In this document: positions 12,157 through 25,600 of the stretch, piece by piece
Numbering within the stretch: position 1 is the stretch's first letter
Layout: each line of letters starts with the position of its first letter
Source: Malacoraja senta
Lineage: Eukaryota
Reading direction: 5' to 3'
Assembly (NCBI GenBank): GCA_038087875.1
Contig: CM076000.1
Span: 372,001 to 436,000, forward strand
Length of the DNA: 64,000 bases
Position numbers and translations under genes: made by a program
The notes under the pieces: model-generated
Told to the model about the DNA's origin: nothing
Databases searched by the model: none
What the model saw: only the letters and a program-made list of their open reading frames with translations

Positions 12157-13169
12157 GTATGGACAACAATGACATAAAAGGTAGATGGGGTACTTAGTAA
12201 GTTTCGCAGATGACACCAAAATTGGAGTTGTGCACAGCGTGGAAATGCTGTCCCAGGACAATGCAGGATATAGATAAGTTAGAGATATGGGCAAGAGTTC
12301 AAGACATTACATTTTGAGAAGTCCACATAAGGGGAAAGAATATCCATTGAAAGACCCCGAACAGCACATATGTATGCTTGCCGTCATCAGTCAGAGGGTT
12401 TCGAATATAAAAGTCAGGAAGTCAAGTTGTGGCTGTACAAAGCTTTGGTTGGGCTGCATTTAGTGTATTGTGTGCAGGTCTGGTCACCCCATTACATGAA
12501 GGAAAGAAGGACATGGAGACTTTGGAGAGGGCACAGAAGAGATTTACCAGAATGCTGCCTAGAGGGAATTAGTTGTAAGGAGAGATTGGATCGTTTTATC
12601 TGGAACGTCACCTGATCAAAATACATATTATGAATGTCATTGATTGGATGGTCAGAATCTTTTTCCCAGGGTAGAAGTGTCAAAGACCAGAGGGCATAGC
12701 TATAAGGTCAGAGGGGGGACATTTTTAAAGATATGCAAGGTAAGATTTTGTTTTACAGAGCAGTGGGTGCCCGGAAGACAGTGCCAGGGGTGGTTGTGGA
12801 AGCAATATCAAAGGGGTATTTAAGAGGCTTGCGATAAGCGCATGAATATGGATCAGATGCAGGCAGAGGAGATTAGTTTAACTTGGCAGCATATTCAACA
12901 CGGGCACTGTGGGTCGAAGGGCCTGTTCCTGTGATATATAAACAAGCTTTGCTTTTAGATTACTTCATTGAAGCAACTTCAGTTGATGATGTCTTTTGGG
13001 TGCCCCTTTTATTTAAATGTGTTTTGGGCATACAGTCTTTGAACTTGGGGGAAAAATGGTTGGTCCATTAGTTGATTTTAATGTTATGACAAGTAATTAG
13101 TTCTGCCAATTTCTCAAAGGCAGAATTTTAAAGTTTGGCTGAATTACTTGTACAGCCTGACAAGTCCTG

Positions 13170-13657
13170 CAGTCGATCATAGGTTCACCAAGTTAATTCC
13201 TGGGATAGCGGGACTGACATATGATGAAAGAATGGATCGACTGGGATATTCACTGGAATTTAGGATGAGAGGGGATCATAGTAGAAACATATAAAATTAA
13301 GGGATTAGGCAGGCTAGATGCAGGAATTTTTTTCCCAATGTCAGGAGAGTCCAGTGCCAAGGGTCATAGTTTAAGAATAAGGGGTAGGCCATTTAGAACA
13401 GAGATGAGGAAAACCTTTTTCACCAGAGAGTTGCAAATCTGTGGAATTCTCTGCCACGGAAGGCAGTGGAGGCCAATTCACTGGATGTTTTCAAAAGAGT
13501 TATATATATAGCTCTTAGGGCTGACAGAATCAAGGGATATGGGGAGAAAGCAAAAATGGGGTACTGATTTTGGATGATCAGCCATGATCATATTGAATGG
13601 TGGTGCTGGCTCAAAGGGCCGGATGGCCTCCTCCTGCACCTATTTTCTATGTTTCTG
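13170..13657 (+). mobile_element. CR1/HER1 3' end
   Basis: Matches 40210-40697 and ends cctattttctatgtttctg. Confidence 0.9.
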
Positions 13658-14721
13658 TGATCCAAGCTAGATTTTTAACCCCTGCCCTATTTTTGGTCCC
13701 AGCAGGTGGAACTATCCTGTAAGTGAGGGAACAATTCCTATCCCCCCCACCATATAAGAGTAGTCCAACAGACAGGATTTCCACAAAATGTGGCTTTCAG
13801 GAACAGGGTAAATTGATTTTAAAGTGAAATACAATGGACATTGGAAATAAGAAAAAATTACCAGAAATACTCTAATCAATTAAGTCAATGCAATAGATTT
13901 ATCTAGGAAACATGTGTCAAGGGAAAGGATATGTGCCAGTGGTGGGCTGAGTGTTTAGAGGTACAGATCAGCCATGGCCCAATGGAGTGCAAATGCAGAC
14001 GTGAGGGTTGATAACCTTATTCCTGGTCCTGTATTCCCTTTGCGATACATTGTATAATTATAGTAATCACACTGATTTTGCATAAGCTTCTGCCATAATC
14101 TTCTTCTTGCGTATGGCATGCACACCCTAAAGTTGTAAGATAACTTGTTCTGTTTGATCTTCTGTTTGTGCACGGCAGGTTGAATCCATTCGTCGAAACA
14201 GGGTGGACCACGTGAAGCTTGCAATCTCCCACCCCTCTGCCATAATCAAAGTCATTCTCACTGTTGGTACCAATAACATTTCCAATTTCAACTTTGATTT
14301 ATCCAGGCAACTTCTGGGAGAGAGAAACTTGGTCTACTCTATCCAAAATGCCTCTTAGCCTTCGGAAAACCAAAATTAGGTATTCAAAATATTTTGAAAG
14401 CAACAGGATAGTTGGAGTGTTACATATCTGCTTTTTTACCACAAATCAGACAAATCACAGTAAAGAACCAAGACCTCAAGGTTAACAACTAACCAATAAC
14501 CTCAATGTTACATGCTACAACAGTTTAATCGCCAGATAATTTAGAAATTGTGCATAAAGTTTGTAATTTTTTTAATATATAATATGCAAAATAACCAAGG
14601 AAGTGGCATAACATGCAAGTGGGAAAACATAGAATGTGACCGATGGTGAGCATGGACACAATGGGCCGAAAGCCCTGCTTCCATGCTGTATCTCTACATT
14701 CTATAAGTGTGAACATCATTG

Positions 14722-15048
14722 CAACTTACCAAATAGTGAAAGGCCTGGATAGAGTGGATGCGGAGAGGATGTTTCCACGAGTGGTCCAGTCTTGGACAAG
14801 AGGCCATAGTCTCAGAATAAAAGGACGTACCTTTAGAAAGGAGATGAGGAGGAATTTCTTTAATCAGAGGGTGGTGAATCTGTGGTTGTGGAGGCCAAGT
14901 CAATGGATATTTTTAAGACGCGGATTGACAGATTCTTGATTAGTAAGGGTGTTATGGGGAGAAGGCAGGAAAATAGGGTTGAGGGAAATGATTGAATGGT
15001 GGAGTAGACTGGATGGGCCGAATGGCCTAATTCTGCTCCTATAACTTG
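14722..15048 (+). mobile_element. CR1 3' end
   Basis: TYQIVKGLDRVDAERMFP...TRGHSLRIKG...RRNFFNQRVVNLW. Confidence 0.88.
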
Positions 15049-15594
15049 TGTATATAGATGGGATCCAGAATGGAAACTTGACCTGTATGTTATTTGCTGA
15101 GGATCAATACCTAATGAACTATTGATTCAATTTAATGGAATTTATTACTGACTTTTACCAAAGATGCTAAATGCATTAAATAAGCCACAAAGTAATCTGA
15201 CCACGATTTTAGTCTTGTGCACAGTCTGAGCTTATATAACAGGCTGGATGCAAATATTTACAGATAACACTGCTGAAAAACAATAAACCAGCTCTCCATA
15301 CAGGCACGTCACCTATAAATATTTTTTACTAAATTCAGTAGCTTTACTTTTGCATGGCCATCGATTTGCTTGATGAGTCAATTGATAGCACACTGGAGTG
15401 CTCTCTCCATGGCTTGCCCCACCTTCCCACTTATATCTCTTTCCTTTCTGAGCTTTCGATCACCAAGCCCACAGATGGCAGTGTCTCTATTTGCTTGGGC
15501 CCCAAGCTCAGCAATTCCCTTTTAAACCTTTCCACTTCTGTACATTACTGTTCTCCTTAAAACACATTTCTATCTACAAGCTTTAGAGTCATTA

Positions 15595-16005
15595 AGTCAG
15601 TCACACAGCATGGAAACAGGCCCTTTGGTCCAAATTGATCGTGCGGACCAAGATGCCTCATCTACTCTAGTCCCGCCTACTTGCATTGGGCCTATATCCC
15701 TCTAAACCTAAATCAGTCTGAAGAAGGGTATCGGCCCGAAACGTTGCCTATTTCCTTCGCTCCATAGATGCTGCTGCACCCGCTGAGTTTCTCCAGCACT
15801 TTTGTCTCCCTCTAAACCTTTCCTAGCCATGCACCCATTCAAACATATTTTAAGTGTTGTTATAGTACCTGCCTCAATGACCTCCTCTGGTAGCTCGTAC
15901 CATACATCCACCATCCTCTGTGTGGAAACGTCGCCCCTCCTAGAAAATCTTCCCCCTCTCACCCTTAAATCCATCTTCTCTGGTTCTTGATTCCCCTACT
16001 CTGGG
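15595..16005 (-). mobile_element. CR1 3' end interrupted by a hammerhead mini-element
   Basis: Reverse complement of the CR1 tail (QRMVDVWYELPEEVIEAG). Confidence 0.82.
15710..15806 (+). mobile_element. 97-bp Penelope-derived mini-element with hammerhead core, 13-bp TSD
   Basis: tccctctaaacct at 15697-15709 and 15807-15819; CTGAAGA 15718-15724, stem II gggt/gccc, GAAACGTT 15738-15745. Confidence 0.9.
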
Positions 16006-16439
16006 TAATTAGGTCACATGGCTCAATCTTTTTCTTTACATAGCTACATGTCAACATTTGAATGAAACCCTCCTTATTACATTAAAGGCACTTTATAACG
16101 CAGCTCTGGATATCCCAGGGTTATGTGAATAATAGATGGAAATTAAGTAGCGATAATACTAGCTGATCATTTAAAATCAGAAAATTGTGCACTCATTTTT
16201 TTATTTTAAAGATTGTATAAACTAGTGAAACTGACATTTTAAGAAGTGATAGGGTTAGAGGTACATTTCCTTGGTGGAAATCTGATTCCAGAAAAAAATG
16301 ACTCCTATAATACCACAGGTGATTCTGCCCAACCTGATTTAGCATCAACTATTCTTCAGTTGAAGTACATTTTCGAGGATGTCACTCCCTCTTTGAATCA
16401 AAACATTTCACTCTTTTCTCATCAGTAAACACAAATAGC

Positions 16440-17850
16440 AACTAGTGGCCAGAGGATCTGGGGTGGCAGAGGAACTGAAGGAGATTCACATTAGGCAAGA
16501 AATTATGTTGGGTAGACTGATGGGACTGAAGGCTGATAAATCCCCAGGGCCAGATAGTCTGCATCCCAGGTAACTTAAGGAAGTGGCTCTAGAAATCGTG
16601 GATGCATTGGTGATCATTTTCCAATGTTCTATAGATTCAGGATCAGTTCCTGTGGATTGGGGGGTAGCTAATGTTATCCCAATTTTTAAGTATGGCGGGA
16701 GAGAGAAAACAGGGAATTATAGATCAGTTAGCCTGACATCGGTGCTGGGGTAGATGCTGGAGTCAATCCTTCTTTCAAAAGATGAAATAGCGGCACATTT
16801 GGATAGCAGTAGCAGGATCGGTCCGAGTCAGCATGGATTTACAAAGGGGAAATCATGCTTGACTAATCTTCTGGAATTTTTTGAGAATGTTACCAAGATA
16901 ATGGACAAGGGAGAGCCAGTGGATGTGGTGTATCTGGACTTTCAGAAAGCATTTGATAAGGTCCCACATAGGAGATTAGTGGGCAAAATTAGAGCACATG
17001 GTATTGGGGGTAGGATGCTGACATGGATAGGTAATTGGTTGGCAGACAGGAAACAAAGAGTAGGAATTAACGGGTTCCTTTCAGAATGGCAGGCAGTGAC
17101 TAGTGGGGTACCGCAAGGCTCGATGCTGGGACCACAGCTATTTACAATATATATATTAATGGATGAAGGGATTAAAAGAAAGATTAGCAAATTTGCAGAT
17201 GACACAAAGCTATGTGGCAGTGTGAACTGTGAGGAGGATGATACGAGGATGCAGGGTGACTTGGACAGGTTGGGTGAGTGGGCAGATGCATGGCAGATGC
17301 AGTTTAATGCGGATAAATGTGAGGTCTCCAAGCTTGATGAAGGACATTCTTTCTATTGAGGGAGTGCAGCGTAGGCTCATGAGGTGAATTCCTGGGATGG
17401 TGGGACTGTCATATGTTGATAGATTGGAGCGGCTGGACTTGTATACTCAGGAATTTAGGATAAGAGGGGATCTTATTGAAACATATAGGATTATTAAGGG
17501 TTTGGACACAATAGTGGCAGGAAACATGTTCCCAATGTTTGGGGAGTCCAGAACCAGGGACCATAGTTTAAGAATAAGTGGCAAGCCATTTAGAATGGAG
17601 ATGAGGAAAAATGTTTTCACACAGAGAGTTGTGAGTGTGTGGAATTCTCTGCGTCAGAGGGCAGTAGAGGCTGGTTCTCTGGATGCTTTCAAGAGAGTTA
17701 GATAGAGCTCTTAGGGATAGCAGAGTTAAGGGATATGGAGAGAGGGCAGGAACGGGGTACTGATTGTGGATGATCAGCCATGATCACATTGAATGGCGGT
17801 GCAGTCTTGAAGCGCTGAATGGCCTACTCCTGCCCCCATTGTCTATTGCA
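16440..17850 (+). mobile_element. 5'-truncated CR1 LINE (RT), internal deletion near 17325
   Basis: [14 protein letters not shown]...YLDFQKAFDKVPH...GVPQGSMLGP...KFADDTKL; closely similar to 39040-40697. Confidence 0.95.
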
Positions 17851-19239
17851 ACAGTCATCACAAATGGTAATCCTATTCAGAAGAGGTGTCAAGGGAAGCT
17901 GTCACTAGTGTGTGGGATGGTGCTAGTGCACGGGTGATTGCTGGTCGGCATATACACGGTAGGCCGAAGGGCCTGTTTCCACACCGTATCTCTAAAGTCT
18001 TTAAAGTCTAAAACAAATTCTCATTGACCTCTAGTTTACAAGTAGAAGAACGAGAGACAAAGCAAAATTCTTTTAGAGTTGGCAAATATGGACGTAACAT
18101 CAGGCATCATCATATTTATATTGCTTTCATTAAATATACATTTTCAAAATCGTTATTCTGTATAATTATGATCCACTTCTTCCCTGTTGGTTATTCCATG
18201 AATCTTTTATAGTGTAATCCTAGATTATATAGTTACAATATAACGTTTTGACTCGGTTACAATGACTATACGCCTAATATGAATTCTGTGCGTTTCAAAA
18301 GAGCAGGTCATCATGACGCTTTAATTATATTATTTATTTAACGTTGTATGCTGTATCTCATCTTGTTAGGGACATATTCGACCAGACTGAAAATGCTTAA
18401 ACTTTTTCCAAAAATATGACCTTCAGTTTGGAATCTCTGAATGTCAAAACCATAGAAGGTTTGTATTTCAATTGCTCTTGGAGAGATGTTTTAGAGCGTG
18501 TTCCAGAATTAGTGCTAATCCACAATTAATTGCATTATCATCATCCGTCTGCCACTACCTATGGAACCGTGATAATGAAAATTAGGACTCTTGTCAAGAT
18601 CTGAACTGAGGCCAGGCAACTCCATCAGGGAAAACAGATGACCTGTCAAATCACCAGCAATCATTTATTTGACATTCTGTCTGCACCCCTCACTAATGAC
18701 TACAGACGTGCTATTTGGGGGCATGAATCATATCTTCAGGATTTCTGGGATAAGAATGTTAGTATTTTTAAAAATAAATCAGTTGTAGTCTGGGCAGCGA
18801 GGTGTTTTTCCATTATTAAGGGCTGTGAATATCACTCTCAGGATATTTGAAACAACCTGTGAGCAACGCACAATAGCTTCACTTTTGATGAGGAGTTTCA
18901 CCAAACGAATCCAGTTCCAAAAGGCGTTGTCTTTAAGTGTTTGAGGAGCAGAGGAGAGATAAAAAGGCAGTGAGGTGTGGACAAATCGGAAACGTCACTA
19001 GTTCAAATGACAACGTCTCAAGGGATAACATCCAAACAATGGACTATCTATCATTGGCCACCCTTACTCAAGATTTATGGGGCGAGGTGCAGGGTTGCCA
19101 GGGTCAGAAAATGTACTTTAAAAGATCCGCATAGAATAAGAAAACAATCATGGACATTTTACCAAGATGAATAATTAATGGATTTTTCAAACTCCGGATA
19201 GAATGTGTCAGAATAGAGCAAAGGTCACTGTCTCGTGGA

Positions 19240-19400
19240 AAAAAATCTTTTGACAGGTACATGGATAGGATAGGTTTAGAGGGTTACGGGACAAGTGCAG
19301 CAGGTAGGACTAGTGTAGATGGGACATGTTGGTTGGCGTGGGCAAGTTGGGCTGAATAGCCCGTTACCATGCTGTAAGGCTTCATGACTCCATGACTCTA
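19240..19400 (+). mobile_element. CR1 3' tail fragment
   Basis: gacaggtacatggataggataggtttagaggg...catgactccatgactctatg tail. Confidence 0.8.
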
Positions 19401-21804
19401 TGGCAGATGCTAATTTTTTTATGATTGCATAAGTGCTAGGCAAGTTTAACAATTGTAAGCCAAATGTTTATCAAAATAACCTAAAATTCCTCACTCCTGT
19501 GAAATATCATGAGCCAAAGAACATTAAATCATAAAACCAAACTCTCCTGAATTAATCTAATGACACATTTAATGAAACAATAATGATTTAAAATTGAATC
19601 ATTCAAGTTTACTTCAAGCACTATTGTGCATGAAGATTTTTAAAATTTAATTAGCTTTAAAAAATAAGTACAATATTTATATATTTAGAAATGTCAATAT
19701 TTAATCACATTGTATCTTCCTATTAATATTTGCCAATATGCATCAGAAAAATGTAGGTCAGAAGTTCTCACTCTCACACACAGACCTGTTAATTTCAACA
19801 TGTATTGTAAGCCTGGAGAACATGTTCCACATTGTCATTGTTCTACCACCTACAAGTGGGGGTGAGGTTGAGAGAATCTTTTCATATTTCACAGAAATGT
19901 CTCAAAGTGATGCACACATACTGCACGGAATCAGTTTGAAATGCAGCAATCTCTTCCTTCATCTGCAGCTAGTGTGAAAGCAAGTGAGGTGTCGTGCTTA
20001 TGTCTCTGAAAGAAAAGGGGTGTCGGTTATGTCAAGACCTTGCTCAGAGCCTTTTGTCTAGAGTTCGCTGAGTTTTTAAACCTGCAATTATCCCTTTGCA
20101 TAAGCTTTTCCCACCCTCATGCTGAAGATACCCAGGAATGGCCGTTTATCTCCCATGCCCACCTATATCACATGGCTGGCACCTCCTGCCTTTGTGGGTG
20201 TCTGGTAGTCTACACTGTCTCTTTGGTCACCTTGGAACCAGAGTGAAATCAAGTTATCCTTAATCATGAGAGATTGCCTGAGACGATGAAGAGTGAAAGG
20301 TCCATTGCACCATGCCCATCAAGTATGCGGTGCTTTTAGTGAATGCAGCATCTAATGAAAGCTCTAAAATGTGTTGGGGCTTAGATTCATAGTCATGCAG
20401 TGTGGACTCAGGCCATTCAGCCCAATTTGACATGCCGACCAAGGTTTCCAAGGCACCTGGACTAAGGACCAATATTAACATACTAATATTTCCAATGGTG
20501 TGAAAATCACAAGCCTCTGTAAAACAAAAACGGATTTTTATGATAACCCATGGCATAAAAAGCTCTTTGAATTTCAGCTTCAAAGCATTTTAGCAAGATA
20601 AAATAAATACATAGCCAGTTTCAGTTAGTGAACAATACAATGTAATTTCCTCAACCACATATGGACATGTGCTTTAAATAGTTCCTCCTATGCCATGTTG
20701 TGACATATTATGCTATATGAAATGCACAATTTTATCATTGCATGAAGCTTTTCAGCCAATGAGGTTTTCACAGGACCCACTTAGCAACATTTCATTGATC
20801 CACCAGAGATCAATATCAGAGAGAAATGGTTTGTCTGAAAAGGCTCATATGTCCAATGTTAATGGATTTGTGCCTCATTTTGGTTCCTGAGCTCTTTTGA
20901 TGTGACCTACATAGGTCTGCCAATTGATGTTACTGAAGCCTTTTATGCTTTTAAGGTTAGCACATTTTAAAATACTAAGGAGGCTGCGCTGGTCTGCCCT
21001 TATGTGTTTGGTGCTTACGATTAAAAGCCTTTTTGTTTCCAGTTATTTCTCCAATTCTAACCTGCACTGCTCAGCATCAGTTTACTATTGGTCATCCTGT
21101 ACATTGGGAGGCAAGATTTGCAAATGTAAAAGTCAGAAAGATAACTCAACATTCTATGGATTAAGAACGCAAATAACATGTTTACGGCATCCTTCAGACA
21201 TTTGTACGACATTCTTTACAAGTACTTTACATGCTGTTGTGCTCATCGGAAAGAGTTGGAGGCAATAAGTGGGTGGGGAAACCACATGAAAAAATCTCAA
21301 TAAATTGGAGTTTTTTCTGTAAATATCTACAAAGGAAACCTTCCTCCCTCTTGAAATCTTTGCTTCCTCTTACATTGTGCCATAGGAAGAAATAGATTTT
21401 TAACACACTTGGTCTAAACCAGTAAACATGCCACAAAAAGTTACCTGTTGTAATTAAGGACTGCTTAGATGAGCCAAATGATGATCAATTCTCCAGAACA
21501 AAAAGGGTGCTATCAATACAATTGTGTTGTTGCTTCATTTAAGGACTATTTCTAACCTCTGTCCTGTTGTCAGGGTTTTGCAAGTGACGTCCTGAAACTC
21601 CAAGGACATTGTGCAGGAGTGACTGGGATGGTTCACATTCCAGTTTTTCCATCTTTACCACTGTAGGAGGAGGATGTAGATGGTCCAACACTCAACCCCC
21701 TCATGACCCGGGAGACAGAAATCGAAGGTTCCCTTTTCAAATTAGTACGTTTGTCATGACCAATAGCAACATAAATCACACTTGTTGCATTCCCTGGATA
21801 AGGT

Positions 21805-22455
21805 CATAAGGTCATGTGATGGAGTGGAATTAGGCCATTTGGCCTATCAAGTCCACTCCGCCATTCAATCATGGCAGATCTCTCTCTCCCTCCTAACCCC
21901 ATTCCCCTTCCTTCTCCCCATAACCTCTGACATCTGAACTAATCAAAAATCGGTCTTTCTCTGCCTTAAAAATATCCATTGACTGCCTCTACAGCATTCT
22001 GTGGCAAATAATTCTACAGATTCACCACCCGCTGGCTACCGAAATTTCCTCCTCTCCTTCCTAAAAGAACGTCCTTTAATTCTGAGGCTATGACCTCTCG
22101 TCCTAGACTCTCCCACTAGTGGAAACATACTCTCCACATCCACTCTATCCAAGCCTTTCACTATTCTGTATGTACAATGAGGTCCCCCCCCTCATTCTTC
22201 CGAACTCCATCGAGGACAGGCCCAGTGCCGACAAACGCTCATCATAAGTAAACCCAAGTCATTCCTGGGATCATTCTTGTAAACCTCTGGTCCCTCTCCA
22301 GAGCCAGCATGTCCTTCCTCAGATATGGTGCCCAAAATTGCTCACAATATTCCAAACATGGCCTTACCAACGCCTTACTGAGCCTCAGCATTACATCCCT
22401 GTTTTTGTATACAAGCCCTCTTGAAATAAATGCTAGCATAGAGTTTGCTTTCTTT
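21805..22455 (-). mobile_element. CR1 3' portion
   Basis: MLAFISRGLVYKNRDVMLRLSKALVRPCLEYCEQFWAPYLRKD on the minus strand. Confidence 0.92.
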
Positions 22456-22679
22456 TACAGTCAGATTTGCTTTCCAATACAGTCGTATTGGAAGGCAAAT
22501 ACGAACCTTCAAGTCTCAGATAGCAAATTGCCCATGCAAGGCTGCTCTGCTTACGTCCAATGAAGTAACTTGGAAATGCTGCCAACATATCAGAACTTAC
22601 CTGGATCCGCATGTTCAGCTGAACAACCTCACTTTATCTTGCCCTCACACCATGACTTCTCCCAAGGACCTTTTTCAGG

Positions 22680-22962
22680 CACCTGGCAAGGCCACATTTT
22701 GAATATTGTGAGTAGTTTTTGAGTCCCATATCGGAGGAAAGATGTGCACCTGTTGGAGGTGGTCAGAGTTTACAAGAATGATCCCGGGGATGATTGGGTT
22801 TATGTATGAGGAGCGTTTGATGGTTCTGGCTCTGTCCTCGCTGGAGTTTAGACGGATGAGGGCGGATTCTCATTGAAACCTACTGGATAACAAAAGGCCT
22901 AGATAGAGTGGAATTGGAAAGGATGTTTCCAGTAATGGGAGAGTTGTGAACCAGAGGGCAGA
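22680..22962 (+). mobile_element. CR1 ORF2 C-terminal fragment
   Basis: ggcaaggccacattttgaatattgtg...agagggcagagt. Confidence 0.8.
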
Positions 22963-22969
22963 GTTTCCA

Positions 22970-23850
22970 AATTATTCCCAGAAACTCCTTGTCCTTGCGG
23001 TTTTACTGTCATTTCTGCTGGGGTCCCCTTCCAATCAACTTTAGTCAACTCCTCTCTCACGCCTCTATATAGTTACCTTTATTCAACAGTAATACCGATA
23101 CATCCAATTTCAGCTTCTCCCTCACACTGCAGGTTGAATCCAGTCATATTGTGATCACTGCCTCCTAAGGGTTCCTCCACCTTAAGCTCCCCAATCAAGA
23201 ATATTTCATTGCACAACACCAAATCCAGAATTGCCTTTTCTCTCATGGGCTCGACCACAAGCCGTCTTGTAGGCATTCTACAAATTCCTTCTCTTGGGAC
23301 ATAGTACCATGCTGATTTTCCCAGTCTACTTTAGTTTAGTTTAGAGATACAGTGCAGAAGCAGGCTCTTCGGCCCGCTGAGTCCGAACCGACAAGGGATC
23401 CCCACACACTTACACTATCCTACACACACTCGGGACAATTTACGTTTATACCAAGCCAATTAACCTACAGACCTGTACGTCTTTGGAGTATGGGAGGAAA
23501 CCGAAGATCTTGGAGAAAACGCACGCAGGTCACGGGGAGAACGTACAAACTCCGTACAGACAAGCACCCATTGTCAGGATCGAACCCGGGTCTCTGGCGC
23601 TGTAAGGCAGAAGCTCCACCGCTACGTCACCATGCTGCCCTTGCCCACCGTACTTTCCTATTGAAACCCCCCCCATGACCTCTGTAAAATTGCCTTTCTT
23701 ACATACCTTTTATATTTCAAGATATAATTTGTACATTACATCCTGACCACTATTCGGAGGTCTGTAAATAACTCCCATCAGGGTTTTTTTTACCCTTGCA
23801 GTTTCTTAACCTTACTCACAAGGATTCTATATCTTCTGATCCTATGTTGT
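22970..23850 (-). mobile_element. CR1 endonuclease-region fragment, interrupted by a SINE
   Basis: VVEPMREKAILDLVLCNE...EPLGGSDHNM (APE endonuclease SDH motif). Confidence 0.85.
23330..23640 (-). mobile_element. HE1-like V-SINE
   Basis: Reverse complement of a full SINE, including the tttagtttagtttagagatacag tail. Confidence 0.92.
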
Positions 23851-24137
23851 GTCGCCAAGACCAAAGCCATCATCTTTGATTCCTGCTGTGGCACTCTGTC
23901 CCAAAATACTATATTTACTATTTAATATGTGGGCGACGCTAAAACCAGATAGTACGATACGATAAAACTTTATTCATCCCCCGAGGGAAATTGTGTGATC
24001 AATTTATGATCTTGATCACCCAAATCCTCTCTTCAGCTAGACAGGCTGCTTTTACATGTGCAAGGCTGCCTCTGCCTCAGCCCACTTCTTCCAAAACCTT
24101 CCATCCGTGCTTTGTTACATGAAAACTATGATTCTAA

Positions 24138-24330
24138 ACGGCCTGTCCCACTTAGGCGACTCTTTAGGCGACTGCCAGGGACTAGTTTTAATGGTATTCA
24201 CCCACGACACCTGGCAACAACCTACGACAACACCTATGTCAGCAAAAATTGTTGCCACTGTCAGCAAAAAAAATTTCAATATGTTTTTCAACAGGCGCCT
24301 GTAGTTGCCCAGAAAAATTGCAGGCCCATA
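24138..24330. mobile_element. Harbinger-type MITE, degenerate
   Basis: Begins acggcctgtcccacttaggcgac; homologous in reverse orientation to 33982-34144. Confidence 0.7.
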
Positions 24331-25600
24331 TGGGTCTCCTGGCTGGTCACTCACGTGTACTCAACGCAAGAGTCCTGGTGCTTCTATCCTGTAATGTATC
24401 AAGTTCTCTTCACTCACTCATTCTCCTGCTAGCTGATCTACGTTGGCTCTGCAATACTTTAAATCCCCCCCATAATCTCTTCCCCAAGGTCCATTCAAGC
24501 AAACTTGTCAAGCCCACCACCATTACTTTAACTTCTTCCAACATTACAAGATTGCAAAATATCAGTGATCCTGCAGTTTTGTCCCTTTAAACAGCCCCGA
24601 CCTTTGCCATTGTACTGCCACTTTCTTAAAAAGTCATCTTCTACAAACCACCTTTTTAAAACCATCACCAGCTGCCTGGTGTCGAGTTTTGTTCAATATT
24701 GTGACCATAATATTGAGGTGTTTTACTACTTTTACTAATTGTTAAACAAAACATTATCCAATTTTATTTTTGCTGGATCCATGCTGACATACATCAGAGA
24801 GACCTCAAGTTAGCAACAGCGCCAGGAAAAAAAAACTAGAACATGAAATGCATTGACAAATATGAGAGGAGATAAGCTGTCATTTGTTTGGCAGACGTGC
24901 ATTTCACATATGTGGTGGAAACGAGAACAGATGGCGCTGACAGGGATGAAGTATCACCTTCCATATCTGTGACAGCTGTCATCACACCAACACAATATGG
25001 GCCACAAAATGTTGCTTAACATTTGTAGAGGATTAATAAATTATCCACCACACACCTTCTGAAAAGTTCATAGACCTGCTCTGTTCAACTTTTAAATTAA
25101 AAAAAAGTTGGTGCTATAATCATCATTGCCTACTTTAAAACAATGTGTTGTGATCAAACAGACTTTAGAGATGGATTTTGGTATGCAATAATCAGACAGG
25201 AAATCGGTTTTAAATTTGTTATTTAAAAAAATTTCCATTTCAACTGTGATGTCGTCCTCTTGATGTGCGCTAGATTGTTGAATGGCTTGATTTATACCAT
25301 GATGAAAATTTGAGTCATATGCAGAAATTCCCTATAAAATTCAACTCAAAACTATCCTTGAAGGTTGCTGATCATGTGAGCTGGTAATGGCAACATAAAC
25401 CGCAACAATGACACTTGTAAAAGAAGAGAGGGTCTTGGACAGACTGAAAAAGAGAAAGCATTGAAGTGGACAAATAAACTGTAAAATTGACGATAAAAAT
25501 AAGAACAATTTCGGTCAGAGACAAAAAGGAGAGCAAGAATTGCCTTTCAACAAGAGACATTTTTAACATCTTCTTAACAATTCCTAACCATGAAAGATAC

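Noticed and set aside
13955..14330. Coding-looking minus-strand ORFs (89 aa and 71 aa)
   Set aside because: No recognisable domain and no acceptor/donor pair that keeps a frame open.
17315..17335. Spliced-out segment in the CR1 copy (about 260 nt missing relative to 39900-40163)
   Set aside because: The ends do not fit GT-AG; a short microhomology-mediated deletion is more likely.
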